Source: Schizosaccharomyces osmophilus (taxonomy: Eukaryota). From it: a stretch of 64,000 nt of DNA. Location of the stretch: the NCBI RefSeq assembly GCF_027921745.1, contig NC_079238.1, forward strand, positions 2,976,001 through 3,040,000, written 5' to 3'. A program made the position numbers and the translations under genes. Position 1 is the first letter of the stretch; every line of letters begins with the position of its first letter. The notes beneath the pieces were generated by a model, which saw nothing but the letters and a program-made list of their open reading frames with translations, was not told the origin of the DNA and made no database searches. Positions 45,687 to 57,256 of this stretch are shown here, piece after piece.

Positions 45687-47981
45687 TTATGGAGAAGACA
45701 ACTTGACGGCATTAGCCATGGCTACAACTTTAGACATTTCTTTGACGTCGTGCACTCGAATTATATTTGCACCTTTTAAAACACTAGCTGTCACGGCCGC
45801 AGCGGTCCCCCAAATCCTTTTTTTAGGTTCTACGTCCTGGCTATAATGGCCGGTAAACCCTTTGCGACTTGGACCAGAAAGCCATTGAAGATCCATAAAT
45901 TCAGGATAGTTAGCGAGTTCGTCGAATTTTTTCAATAAATAAGCACTTTGCCCTGCTTTTTTAGCGAAGCCAAATCCAGGATCAAGAATGATGTTATATC
46001 GTGGGATCCCAGCTTTTATAGCAGCATCAACTCTTTCATTTAATTCTTCAAATACCTCTTGAACTATGTCTTTCTCATATATAGAAAGAGAAGTCATAGT
46101 GTGGGGAGTACCTCTTGTATGCATCAAACAAATTGGAACATCGGCTTTTGCAGCAAATGAAAGCATATCAGGACAATTTCTTCCAGAAGACACATCGTTT
46201 ATAATGTTAGCTCCCGCATGGATTGCTTCCTTAGCGACTTCAACTTCAAAAGTATCAATGCTGATTGGAATATCTATGCCTGCATTACGAATTGCACGTA
46301 CTACCGGGACTACCCGATCTATTTCTTCACTTAAGGTAACTGGCGTGGCATGTGGACGTGTTGATTGACCTCCTATATCAATAATAGAAGCGCCGTTTTC
46401 TATCATCCCTTTCACAACCTCAACAACATTAGTCTTTGTAACAGAAGATCCGTCTGAAAATGAGTCCGGTGTTACGTTAATGATACCCATTATAACAGCA
46501 CCTTCCATAATAGAGTTGGTCAAATAAGAGGCGTGAACTCTAACTCCCTGATCTGGTAATTCTTTTAGTTTTTTAAGCAGTAGTTGTTGGGTAGTAGGAT
46601 GTACAAGAGTAGAATCCAGTGCTACCAATGGTCTCAAAACAAATTCTCTTTCCATCATGCCAACGTGAGGTATTGTAAGATCTTCAGACTCATAGATACA
46701 ATCATCATACATCACAATATCAAGGTCTATACACCTTGGTCCTTTATCGATCAATTTGACACGGCCTAGCTCCTTTTCGATGGATTGGCATGCTCGAAGG
46801 AGACACAAAGGTGACAATTTCGTTTCAATCTTACAAACACCGTTCATGAATAGCGACTGGTCCTCGTAGTACATAGGCTTTGTTTCATATAGTGGTGAAA
46901 CATCCAAAATGCTAACATCCTCGTGTTTGGATAGACATTTTAAAGCAGTGGCTATATTTTTTATGCGAGTGCCGATGTTGGATCCAAATGATATGTAAGC
47001 GATTTTTGGTACGCTAGACTCGTACTTGCGAAAGGAATCTTGCAAGAAAGAATTTCTTGAACGAAAGATTTGAACTGCGGGAGCATCCGCAAATGTGATA
47101 GCACTAGGCTTTTCTGCTTTGATATGCACGCAGTCAATAGACAGGCCGAAGCAGAGAAACTTGGAAAGTTTGTGCACCAAAGCCTCGATAGTTAAAAAAC
47201 TAGAAGATTCAACGAAATTTGCAACTTTATGACATAAATCAGAGATCACCAGAGAGTCGAATTCTTTACCATCGCCTACAGTGAAAGCAATGTCTAAACC
47301 TAACCTTTGCTTCTCCTTTCGCTCAAAAGGATTAATACCTATAATCGTTGCAAGCTCTAAATCAAAGATTTGGACTCTGTCTTGTTGATAACGTGTATGC
47401 CTTTCTGCATTATATACTAATCCGCTTCTGGAACGCAGAATTTTCTTGGGTAATCGGATGTTGACAAAAAAGTCGCGAAATTCAAACTGGTTGCGGCAAG
47501 ATAGAGCAATCATGTCAACCATGTTTCGCAAGCCACTGAATTCATTTTTTTCAACTGTTTCCAAGACAAGTTTGGAAGCTATTCCGTAATGGATGGAGTT
47601 TTGCAAGTCATGATTGTCTTCACCATTTAACCGAGTATTAAGGACCATACGTAAATTAATTTCTACTGGCTGCAAGGCTGCACGTCTCCATTGATCTGTG
47701 CCCACTTTTGCATTGGCTCGCAAATTCTGCACAAGTACACTATCGAAATTATCATCAATTTGCTCTTCAGCTTTCCGGGAAAAACTACTTATGTTTGAAG
47801 AAAGCATCTTGGTTGGAAAAGGCCTTTGGTTCCAATACTTGAAATTAGTTAATGGCCTTAACAATCTTGGCGACTGAAGAGTAGGTATTGTTACGCGTCC
47901 CCGTAAGTTCCCTTTCCAGCTTCGTAACAAACGCTTAGGGACTTTCAATAGATTAGTATAAAAATTGAAGCTACCATTCAT
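45687..47981 (-). CDS. fol1: Trifunctional folate enzyme Fol1 (two DHNA domains, HPPK, DHPS) with a mitochondrial-type presequence
   Basis: SIHYG, IIGINPFER, EKPSA; AYISFGSNIG, GPRCIDLDI, PH...REFVLRPL; MGIINVTPDSFSDG, GGQSTRP, DPGFGF, SRK, RVHDV. The N-terminal stretch is Arg-rich and free of acidic residues. Confidence 0.96.
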   Translation of the reverse strand: MNGSFNFYTNLLKVPKRLLRSWKGNLRGRVTIPTLQSPRLLRPLTNFKYWNQRPFPTKMLSSNISSFSRKAEEQIDDNFDSVLVQNLRANAKVGTDQWRRAALQPVEINLRMVLNTRLNGEDNHDLQNSIHYGIASKLVLETVEKNEFSGLRNMVDMIALSCRNQFEFRDFFVNIRLPKKILRSRSGLVYNAERHTRYQQDRVQIFDLELATIIGINPFERKEKQRLGLDIAFTVGDGKEFDSLVISDLCHKVANFVESSSFLTIEALVHKLSKFLCFGLSIDCVHIKAEKPSAITFADAPAVQIFRSRNSFLQDSFRKYESSVPKIAYISFGSNIGTRIKNIATALKCLSKHEDVSILDVSPLYETKPMYYEDQSLFMNGVCKIETKLSPLCLLRACQSIEKELGRVKLIDKGPRCIDLDIVMYDDCIYESEDLTIPHVGMMEREFVLRPLVALDSTLVHPTTQQLLLKKLKELPDQGVRVHASYLTNSIMEGAVIMGIINVTPDSFSDGSSVTKTNVVEVVKGMIENGASIIDIGGQSTRPHATPVTLSEEIDRVVPVVRAIRNAGIDIPISIDTFEVEVAKEAIHAGANIINDVSSGRNCPDMLSFAAKADVPICLMHTRGTPHTMTSLSIYEKDIVQEVFEELNERVDAAIKAGIPRYNIILDPGFGFAKKAGQSAYLLKKFDELANYPEFMDLQWLSGPSRKGFTGHYSQDVEPKKRIWGTAAAVTASVLKGANIIRVHDVKEMSKVVAMANAVKLSSP

Positions 47982-47988
47982 GTGACTG
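47981..47988 (-). promoter_or_regulatory. Homol D box overlapping the fol1 first ATG
   Basis: Minus strand reads CAGTCACA-TG; the last A of the box is the A of the ATG. Confidence 0.45.
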
Positions 47989-48930
47989 TAACTTCAGATG
48001 AACTTTCTCTATTACTGTGCAGTAGTGTATATACGATGCTTGTTACTTTATTCAATTGTTACTCTATCCTTAGTGTTTATAATTCAAAGTTAACACTTGA
48101 GTATTCAGCAATAGAATTAGTTTAAGACTGTTTAGTAAGAAGACCTGTCAAAACAATTTAAAAATAAGCTGTCAAAGACTGAACAATAATACACGGGTGC
48201 GAGTTAGCCATTTGTTCGTTTATTGCTGAGGAATGCCCATGAAATCCATAGGAAATGCTTCATTATTCTATATTCCTTTATATACCCTGCTTATTCTATT
48301 ACCCACACACTCTCATAATCCCAATATAAATTCGTACTTTCAATACTGTCAGGTCACAACAGGCTACAACTTCGTATTAATGTTCTTTAGTATGATGCAA
48401 AAAGCAAAATTACAATAAAGAGTACTTTCTAGTGGCATCTTCGCTGCTTAATCAGAGTAATCTGGAAATAACTATGATTTTACTTGTCCTTCTTCATATT
48501 CCAGCTTTGCTTGTTTCAACTTACATAGTGGCAGTGCGTTCATATGTCGTTTATGAAAATTCAATTGAGCCTTCTAAAATCAAATCAAATTTTAATAACA
48601 AGTCAGTAAATATTGATATAATATCCTTTAAGAACTCCAAATTTAATTCTGAATGCTACAGCAATCTGGAGTAATCATGTCAAGGCACAAAAATCCTTCT
48701 TTCCTGTATGTAAATACAATCCGAAACAGTATACATGTAAGATCAGCAAAAAGAGTCTACGCAAGACGAATTATAGTTCCTAATTAGTTTATGTACTGAA
48801 ATTTTAAAGGCTAAAATAGCAACAGTCTTACATTCTTTTTAGTAACAAGTCTAAAAAATATCGAAAGGCGGTGTTTTCAACCAACTTTACACTCCACTTC
48901 CCTGCTATATAGACCTCACAATTCTTAAGA

Positions 48931-50266
48931 ATGGAGGAATGGAGAAAATATTTAGAAATAAATATCATAAACGAATCATCAGCGGTAAACAATCCTTTTC
49001 CTTAAAGGATAATGGCTTTTTCTAACACAAATAGGTGACGGAGACTGTGCTTAGTTTAGGTCTAAAGATATCTATCCAAGATGCTCAAAGGTAAGATTGA
49101 AATCTATTCCTTACTTCCTAGTCTAATTATTTAGTTATCTGAAAGTATTTTACGATGAAAATGATCAACTTTATCCAGTGTATATTATCCATGGTGTGCC
49201 AAAAGACCTGGGTTCCTTGGTAGATTTGGACAGTGGGTCAGACAGTTTGCCGTCAGATTTTCTTACACAATACGCTCTTGCAACGAAGGCTTCTCTCTTG
49301 GACATTTGCAGTCAATTCGAAGAGGGATACAAGACTCAAATTTATGCTCTATCAGCAAATCCAATCGTCGTAAGTCTTTTCAGAATAAAAGGTTTTCATT
49401 AGCTAATATAGAAGGATTTTGATGAGTTATTGCCCGTCATATACAAATTACGAGGCAAAGATGTTATATACCAAAAAGAGCATTGTGAAAAGTATGGATT
49501 CATACATAATGAAAACTCGAAGGTATGACATTAAAGGTTTTTAAGATAAACTGACTTTTCATTTTAGCCACGAACCTTGAAAACGAAAACGATACCACCC
49601 TCCAATAAAACGCCTCTTCCTACTATTAAGAAAGAACCCGCTGAAGTGGATCCAAAGAAACCAAAGACGTGCTCTTCCAACCTGTTCAGAAATGTGAAAC
49701 CTTCAAATTCGCGGCAGAATTCTACGGCCAGCAAAACGTCGGCGGGATCTGAGAATAAGCCTGTGCCGGCCGGTCCTACAGGAAAATCAGAATTACAGAC
49801 ACATCAGCTTAAAAAGGAGAATGACGACTTAAGAAATATCATGGATATGGACGATGATCATAATTCAATCAACGAAGCAAGAAAATCGGCAATTTCTGTC
49901 GCTGCCAGTCCAGAGGAAGTAACCAGCTTAGATACAGAGTCTAATAAGCCTTCGAATGAAAATTCTACTCCTGAACCCGAAGAAACTATAACTTCAATAG
50001 CCAACGGACGAAAACATGGTAAGCGTAAAGTTACAAAAACGGTCACTACCCATGACGACGAAGGATTCTTAATTACAAAAGAAGAACAGGCTTGGGAATC
50101 ATTCTCTGAGGATGAAAATGAAAATGAAAATGAAAATGAAAAGGCCAAACGGGCTTATCCTCCGAAGGCTAGAGCATCAAATCCCCCTACTCGTAAAAAA
50201 AGTGGACCTCAGCAGGGTGGAAATCGCCAGCAGAAATCTATCATGTCCTTTTTTGGAAAGAAGTAA
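48931..50266 (+). CDS. cdc27: DNA polymerase delta subunit Cdc27 (Pol32/POLD3), exons 48931-48984, 49035-49090, 49135-49369, 49412/49415-49522, 49568-50266
   Basis: MEEWRKYLEINIINES, YIIHG, IYALS, KRKVTKTVTTHDDEGFLITKEE.AWESFSE and a C-terminal PIP box QKSIMSFF. Confidence 0.93.
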
Positions 50267-50746
50267 GGTAATTATTTATCCTTGCAAATGTCTTATAGGT
50301 AATGAATATAGATTGAGTGAATGAGGATAGAATATAATGAGCAAAGTAAATTTAAATAACTGCTTTCTTGCAATAGAATTGTTATTATTTGGCATCATCT
50401 ACGATTATAATCACAGTCATTAAATTTTATTTTTAGATTGAAACTTTTTCGTTAATAATAAATCTCAATCTTATAGTATAAACATATATTTATAAAATAA
50501 CTTGTATATCGGTTTGCTATTTTCTGTCTTCATTAGGGAGTCAAACACAGCAGCCAGCTTCTTTTGAAAATATTGATTTAAAACAGTTTAACAATACATC
50601 TTATCCTTTAAGAAAGCAATAAGTTATTCAAACAGGGTATTTTACTTTTACGCGAACGTCTTGCGTTTACTGTCCAAAGATTTGTACTTTCACCTATACC
50701 CATACTACACTTAGAAAAACCTACACTCTCGGTGTTAGAGCTAACA

Positions 50747-52810
50747 ATGGGGAATCAGAGAAAGCCAATTAACAAAAATCCAAAGGATGAAAAGCATGTT
50801 GTTAATGATCCTCGTTTCCAATCTGTTCATTCCGATCCCAGATTTTCAAAAGTTCGCCGTGGCAATTTGAAAGTCAAAGTCGATGAACGTTTTAAATCAT
50901 TGAAAGACGACAAAGACTTCAAAACTTCTGCTAGCGTAGATAAATATGGAAGAAGGATAAACCAAGATAAATCGACAAAGGAAATTGAAAGACTTTACGA
51001 TGTTGAGGATGAAGATTCCTCCTCTGAAAAATCTGAATCTGGATCAGATGAAGAAAATGAAAATGAAAATGAGGATGAAAAGGAAGCTGACGAAGAAGAA
51101 GAAGGCTCAGTGGAGTCAGAGAGTTCAGACGAAGAAGAAGATGATGAAGAAGAGCCTGTCTTTGATCCAGCTCGCGGTGAGGGTATCGTAGGTGCTTCGG
51201 AAAGTGAAGAGAGTGACGAAGAAAGTGAGAATGAAGTCCAACCGGAAGTTACCGAGCTTGCTGGTTTAGAAAGTGAAGATCGTATTCCTCGTGGAAACGA
51301 AACTAGTAGAATAGCCGTTGTGAATATGGATTGGGATAACATAGAAGCAGTTGATCTTTTTGCGGCTCTTTCTTCTTTCTGTCCCCCATCTGGAAAGTTG
51401 TTGAAAGTTTCTGTTTATCCTAGTGAATTTGGCAAACAACGACTCAGCGTTGAGCATGTCCAAGGACCACCACGTGAAATCTTTGCTCCAAAGAACGACA
51501 GCTCTTCCTCCTCCAACGATCTTCAAGAAGCTCAAGAGTACGGCTTTGATGAGAAGGAAGGATCTGAGTCTGACGACGATCAAGCAGGTTTGATCGAAGA
51601 GGATCTGGGTGCTGAATTTGACATGGTAAAATTACGACAATATCAATTGGAAAGACTTCGCTATTTCTACGCAGTCGTTGAATGCGATAGTGTTCGTACC
51701 GCGAAAACTATTTATGACGCTTGTGATGGCGCTGAATACGAAACCACAGCAAACATATACGACTTGCGCTTTATTCCTGATGGCGTTAGTTTTGAAGAGG
51801 ATGAACCCAGAGAAATATGTACAAAGGTTCCTGAAAATTACGAGCCTCGTGAATTTGTGACGGATGCTCTACAGCACTCGAAGGTAAAGCTTTCCTGGGA
51901 TGCAGATGATCCAAACCGAAAGGATCTAATTAAAAAAGCATTTACATCTCAAGACCTTGAAGATCTGGACTTTAGTGCTTATGTTGCATCTAGCGAATCT
52001 GAGGATGAAGATACTGATGAGTTGCGCTCTCGATACCAGAAATTGCTAAACGGAGATGGAGAAGATGAAGCTGAACGTAACCCATTCGAAGAGCCTGGTA
52101 AGTCTGAAGGCGGAAAGGGCGATATGGAGGTAACATTTACTTCTGGATTGGATGAAACAGAAGATAAAGGGGGTGAAGAAGATGAAACCACTATTGAAAA
52201 ATACAAGCGTAAGGCCGCTGAAAGAAAGCAACGAAGGAAAGAATTGAGAAAAACTAGACAAGAGGAAACAAACGGAGGAAAGGAAGAAGACTTAGGTTTT
52301 AATGACGAATTCTTTCAAGATGGTTCTGTAAAGAACCGTAAGAAGAAAACTACGAAATCGAAAGAAGTTGAAGAAGATCCCAGTGCTGCTACGAAGGAAG
52401 AACTTGAAGCTATTGTGAAAGACGACGCGGATGGTTCGGAGCATCTTGATCACTTTGACATGAAGAGCATCTTGAAAGCCGAAAAAAATAAAAAGGGACG
52501 CAAGCAGAAGAAAAAGGCTGCTGAACTGGAAGGTCTGCAAGAAGGGTTTGATGTTAATGTCTCTGATCCTCGATTTGAAGCGTTGTATTCTAATCACAAC
52601 TTTGCTATGGATCCCACCAATCCTCACTTTAAGAAGACCAAGACAACAGAAAAGATTTTGAACGAAGGATTGAAACGTCGTGAGCACAGCCTGGAACAAG
52701 TTGAAGAAGGAAAGGTTGAGAAAAATGTTAAGAAGCGTGGTCCTGTCAAGCAAGATAAGAACCAGGATCTTAACAGAATCGTGCAATCCATTAAGAGGGC
52801 GAAAAAGTAA
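50747..52810 (+). CDS. esf1: Pre-rRNA processing protein Esf1
   Basis: DPRF repeats, VDKYGR, DPARGEG, RIAVVNMDWD, YPSEFG, LRQYQLERLRYFYAV and a NUC153-type DPRF..MDPTNPHFK. Confidence 0.95.
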   Translation: MGNQRKPINKNPKDEKHVVNDPRFQSVHSDPRFSKVRRGNLKVKVDERFKSLKDDKDFKTSASVDKYGRRINQDKSTKEIERLYDVEDEDSSSEKSESGSDEENENENEDEKEADEEEEGSVESESSDEEEDDEEEPVFDPARGEGIVGASESEESDEESENEVQPEVTELAGLESEDRIPRGNETSRIAVVNMDWDNIEAVDLFAALSSFCPPSGKLLKVSVYPSEFGKQRLSVEHVQGPPREIFAPKNDSSSSSNDLQEAQEYGFDEKEGSESDDDQAGLIEEDLGAEFDMVKLRQYQLERLRYFYAVVECDSVRTAKTIYDACDGAEYETTANIYDLRFIPDGVSFEEDEPREICTKVPENYEPREFVTDALQHSKVKLSWDADDPNRKDLIKKAFTSQDLEDLDFSAYVASSESEDEDTDELRSRYQKLLNGDGEDEAERNPFEEPGKSEGGKGDMEVTFTSGLDETEDKGGEEDETTIEKYKRKAAERKQRRKELRKTRQEETNGGKEEDLGFNDEFFQDGSVKNRKKKTTKSKEVEEDPSAATKEELEAIVKDDADGSEHLDHFDMKSILKAEKNKKGRKQKKKAAELEGLQEGFDVNVSDPRFEALYSNHNFAMDPTNPHFKKTKTTEKILNEGLKRREHSLEQVEEGKVEKNVKKRGPVKQDKNQDLNRIVQSIKRAKK

Positions 52811-53146
52811 AGGATATGGATAACAAGTTTCATTATGATGGTTGGTTTTTTTGGAAAAATAGCATAAAAGTCTGATTTGGGGTTTTGAAGTAAATAGACA
52901 TTTATAATAATATAGGTACATGGTTTATTAAAGGAACAAAAAGTAGGCAAAAGAAAAGGAGATACATGCCTTTTCGTTTTAGTGGTGTGTAGATGTTAGA
53001 AGGGTAAATCAAATTAACGCTCAAGAAACATGCTTTTTCTTTTTGATTCTTGATTCTTGGCAGGAACCATAAGAGTATATAAAATTTTAGTTTCGCGTAC
53101 AAAGAAGAAACGGTTGCTTGCTATTATTGTCAAAAGAGAAGGCTCA

Positions 53147-53796
53147 TTAATTGGATTTTTTGCCTTGAGTTTGATCGCGAGCTGCGTAAATCTTTGCGGT
53201 AAAAGGTCTATAACGTTAGTATAAGAGTCAATGAATTGGGAAAACCAAAAATGGTGTAAAACGTACTCTTCAAACATTAATGCTAGACGGTAAACAAGGA
53301 AAACTTCCAAAGTCAAAAGGAGACCGGCTGGCTTGCCGTAGCGAAGAGCGGTAGAGAGAAAGCAGATTGTAGAACCATTGTACATTGGATTTTCAGTTAC
53401 ATTGAACGGAAATCCACTAACGCGTGTTGGAAGAAGGAATCCAAAGTAGTCGCCGAGGTAAGTTCCAACAATACCCAACTTGTACATACTCGACAAAACC
53501 AAAAGGCTTCCAATGTAAAACAAAACTTTCGAAACGAATTGAACGAAAGGGTTGAAGAACAAGTCGAAGCCAGGTTGATATCTCAAAGCGTTCTGGAAAA
53601 TCAAATCACGAACAATTCCGCCAACGAAAATGGTTGCAGCCAATGCACGGCAGGCTTTAAGAGAGTTTCCATTTGCAAGGTTTGTTAATGTCTTCTTGTT
53701 GTACTCGGAGCGTGCAGCAATGTTCCAAAGCAAGGGATTCAAGCCGATGGAGATGGCAGCAATAAGCAGAGACTTATTGAATTCAATAAAAGGCAT
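53147..53796 (-). CDS. cho1: Phospholipid N-methyltransferase (PEMT/Opi3 family; S. pombe cho1), exons 53796-53267, 53207-53147
   Basis: NPLLWNIAARSEY, LGIVGTYLGDYFG and FPFNVTENPMYNGS. The intron restores FEEPFTAKIYA. The N-terminus may extend further upstream. Confidence 0.92.
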
Positions 53797-54700
53797 ACTG
53801 AAAAGAATTGAATAAAAATTGAAGCAAGATAAATATATGTGGACGAAACAAAAAATGGTGAGTTAATGAATGGTATGGTAGTGAACCTGAATATCGCCAT
53901 TGCGTTTCTTGATATCATCTCATCTGGTGTACCTTTGGAGTAACAAGAGCGAGTGTAAACAAAGAAGAAAAAAGAAGATAAAGGAAGCTGTATTGAAAAC
54001 AAAGAAATACCAAGTGTATTGGACTGCGAATCCGTTGACGCTTGTAAGCAACCCAAGTTTTCTGTAGGAAAAAGTTCTCGCTGGTATTTAGTACAAAAAA
54101 CCACATGTTCGATGTTTGTCCTCAAACGTAGACTCTCTATAGTTTTGTTTTACTTCATGTCGGCAACATAGGAATTATGAACATGTAGGATACACCATAA
54201 ATGAAAGCGTAATTCAGAGTAAGTGCAGCATGATAGAAATCAACCATTTTTTTGTCAACGCAGGTAGCTGGAAAACATGCCCATACAGAGCATACTTTTC
54301 CAATAATATTCCGTTTCAGTTATCAAACACTTCTCGTATTCTTCTGTAATTATTGTTTTTCGTTTTTGTGTTCGTACCATTCTTTACTATTATATTATAA
54401 AGAAAGCGCCAAGGTAAGGCTTTGCGCGTCGCAAGGAAGACAATGTTATTTTGTTACTACAAGACGTAAGTTGGAATATGGATTGATTCATGCTTTTCTT
54501 ACCCTCCTTAGTTATTCAGTAAGAGACATAGGAGTCGCCCAAGTGAAAAATATTTCGTTTTATCAAGCCAATTTGCATTTGGAGTGAGATCTACGAACAT
54601 TGTCGGAAACAAGGACAGAATCTTCTTTGCTCTTAAAGCCTCGAAAATACGTTTTAGGAAAATAAAAGGTGAAATATACGATAGGTTTGTTGTTTTTGAT

Positions 54701-55339
54701 ATGTTTGCCTCGAAACGTTTCCTTTTGTCTCCTTGGAACCGAACGGTTCCAATTACTATCTGTAGATCTCTATCCACAGCCCCCAAGGAATTGAGCCAAC
54801 AGGATTCACAAGTGTTGGACCGAGTCATTCGAGTTGACCAGGCTGGAGAACTTGGTGCTAATCAAATTTATAAAGGACAGCATTTTGTTCTTCAATTTAC
54901 GGACCCCAAAGTTGCACCCACCATTCAACATATGTGGGATCAAGAAAAGTATCATTTAAAAACTTTTGACAATTATATCCTCGAGAATCGGGTACGACCT
55001 ACTCTGCTTCGACCATTTTGGGATGTAGCTGGATTCGCATTGGGGGCCGGTACAGCTCTTTTAGGTACGAAAGCCGCTATGGCGTGCACAGAGGCAGTTG
55101 AAACAGCCATTGGTGGCCATTATAATGATCAACTTCGTGATACCGTTCATTTGAATGATGCGGCTCCAGAGCTGGAGAAACTCCGTGACGACTTGGCAGA
55201 ATTTCGAGATGATGAGCTAGAACATCTCAACACTGCCGTCGACGATTGGAGTGCCAAGGAAGCTCCTGCCCATAATCTTTTGAATAATGCTATACAAGCT
55301 GGTTGTCAAACAGCCATTTGGTTATGCAAGCGCTTTTAG
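54701..55339 (+). CDS. coq7: Demethoxyubiquinone hydroxylase Coq7
   Basis: Presequence MFASKRFLL and di-iron motifs [36 protein letters not shown]. Confidence 0.96.
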   Translation: MFASKRFLLSPWNRTVPITICRSLSTAPKELSQQDSQVLDRVIRVDQAGELGANQIYKGQHFVLQFTDPKVAPTIQHMWDQEKYHLKTFDNYILENRVRPTLLRPFWDVAGFALGAGTALLGTKAAMACTEAVETAIGGHYNDQLRDTVHLNDAAPELEKLRDDLAEFRDDELEHLNTAVDDWSAKEAPAHNLLNNAIQAGCQTAIWLCKRF

Positions 55340-55716
55340 CTTTCATACAATACTTGACGAATGATTAGCAATGAAACTTGATGGTTGTTGATTACAGCTT
55401 CTTCCTTCAGAAACAATAAAGAGCATTTCCAAATACATATATACTACATTTTTCTAGCAGCTTAACCTTTGCACCAATTATCTATTCTTCATTATACAAT
55501 ATTTTCCATTATACAAGATGCAAACACATGAAAAGCAAGTCATGTCTATATTTATGCAAAAAAAAAAAAAAAAAGAATGTTTCAATCGAACCGGTTCCTT
55601 CCATGTTTCCAAAGGATTAAACCGATCATAGCTTATAGAAACAAACGGGTTCGGGCCAGTTTTATTCATTGAAGGAATCTGGAGACTATCTTTTCCCTCT
55701 TTTTTCTTTCAATTTT

Positions 55717-56287
55717 TTATTCCTGGAACTTGCGTAACGTAGACAATTCATCCAAAATCCCTTGTAAACTCTCATCATCGATTTTATTAGACAAACTGGG
55801 AATCAGAGTCCGCGCTTCTTCTGCATCTTCACAACACAGTGTTCCCAACTGAGCACGCTCAAATTTGTGAAAGCGATTTCCTAAAATTCTAAAAACAAAC
55901 ACAGCAATTAACAACATGGTCTCAAAACAGTTCCAAACCCTTCATACCTTTCGCAAGCGTATGTAGACTCTGCGGTTTTGAATCTTCCAAATACATTAAA
56001 ATAGGAAAGCGTCTTCTTCATGACACTTTTCAATGTTAGTAGGATTCGTTAAATTTATATTAGTGTCATTGAGCATACTCAGTCAGAGGAATTTCCCCAT
56101 TCGCTTCTCTTGTCCTTTGCGCCATCACAGTATCAATCAGAATTTTTGCCTCCGAAACTGTGAGCATATCTTCATTTTCAAACTCTTTTCATGTTAACTA
56201 CTGTTCCTTTGTACAACTTGACAATAGCAACACACCTGGTCCTAATTTTAGTTGAGTCGCATCTTCTTCAAAAATTGCTCTAGGCAT
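55717..56287 (-). CDS. rpb4: RNA polymerase II subunit Rpb4, exons 56287-56236, 56184-56079, 56025-55948, 55888-55717
   Basis: Spliced product [34 protein letters not shown]...[16 protein letters not shown]...[27 protein letters not shown]. Confidence 0.95.
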
Positions 56288-57256
56288 ACTGTTTCTTGTT
56301 CTTTCCTAAATATGCCCTCCGTAATTGAGAAACTAAATAAAATATACAAGATGCTTCCTTAAATCAAATTATTTAGTCCCCCTTCACCTTTCTGTTTTTC
56401 TTGGGTTGTCTGCAAGCGCGAAAGGAAGCCTTGAGGGTTTACCGAAATACTGCTCCCCTCCCTATCTACTTTACCAATACATACGAAAAGCACAGTAATA
56501 AATAAAAATAGTAGTTGCATATAGGAATTCTATTCATCAAAAGACAAAAGCCATCACGCAAGCGCTCATTTTTCATTCCTTATTCTCATTGTTACCAGTG
56601 CTACCAGTGCCTTGGAAGGTTTCTTTTATTTTTTTTTCATGGACCGCTTCGCTTTGAGAACTGGGTTTGCTTCTATTCAAACTATGCAAGAACCAGGACA
56701 TTAGCCATACCAAATGCAACCACCTTGAATGATCAAGTTTGAGTAAGGGATCGATATGGTGCGTTTGCTTTTAGTAGCTCAAATGTTTCAAAACATTACT
56801 TCCGATTATCTGACTTTTAGAGCAGCTTCGCTTCAGAAAACCTCATCTGCTCCGAAGCTAAACCTGTCTATGCAATTAAGTATCTTTAAGTTTTTTTTAT
56901 TTATTTATTTTTTGGCCTTTTTTCTTCGTAAATGAAGAAGTTACCACTATTTATTAGTGGATTATGTCGTTTTCGATAGGATTATAAATTATATGGGTAT
57001 TGCAAGTCTTGGGATTGGTACGCTTTTTCGTCAGAATCAATTAACAAAGTTGGAAATAATATCTTTCTGTTAGCAAAGATATCTACAATTACAAAAGTTA
57101 GTGAATTGCTCTTTTTAAGGAAATTTAACCCTCGTTAGTCAAAGCTATACTCGTTTTGGCAGTCGTTGCAATAGATGCGAGGGAACTTCCAAGGTCAACG
57201 ATTACATTGATTGAGAAACAGCAGCAACTTCCATCCTATATTAGTTTACTTTCATT

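Noticed and set aside
54102..54107. CATGTG (UAS-INO-like core) upstream of cho1
   Set aside because: A single hexamer without full flanks, and the Ino2/Ino4/Opi1 circuit is not established in fission yeast.
56822..56860. Interleaved complementarity GAGCAG/CTGCTC and CTTCG/CGAAG upstream of gtr1
   Set aside because: The stems are short and the zero-length loops make a pseudoknot implausible.
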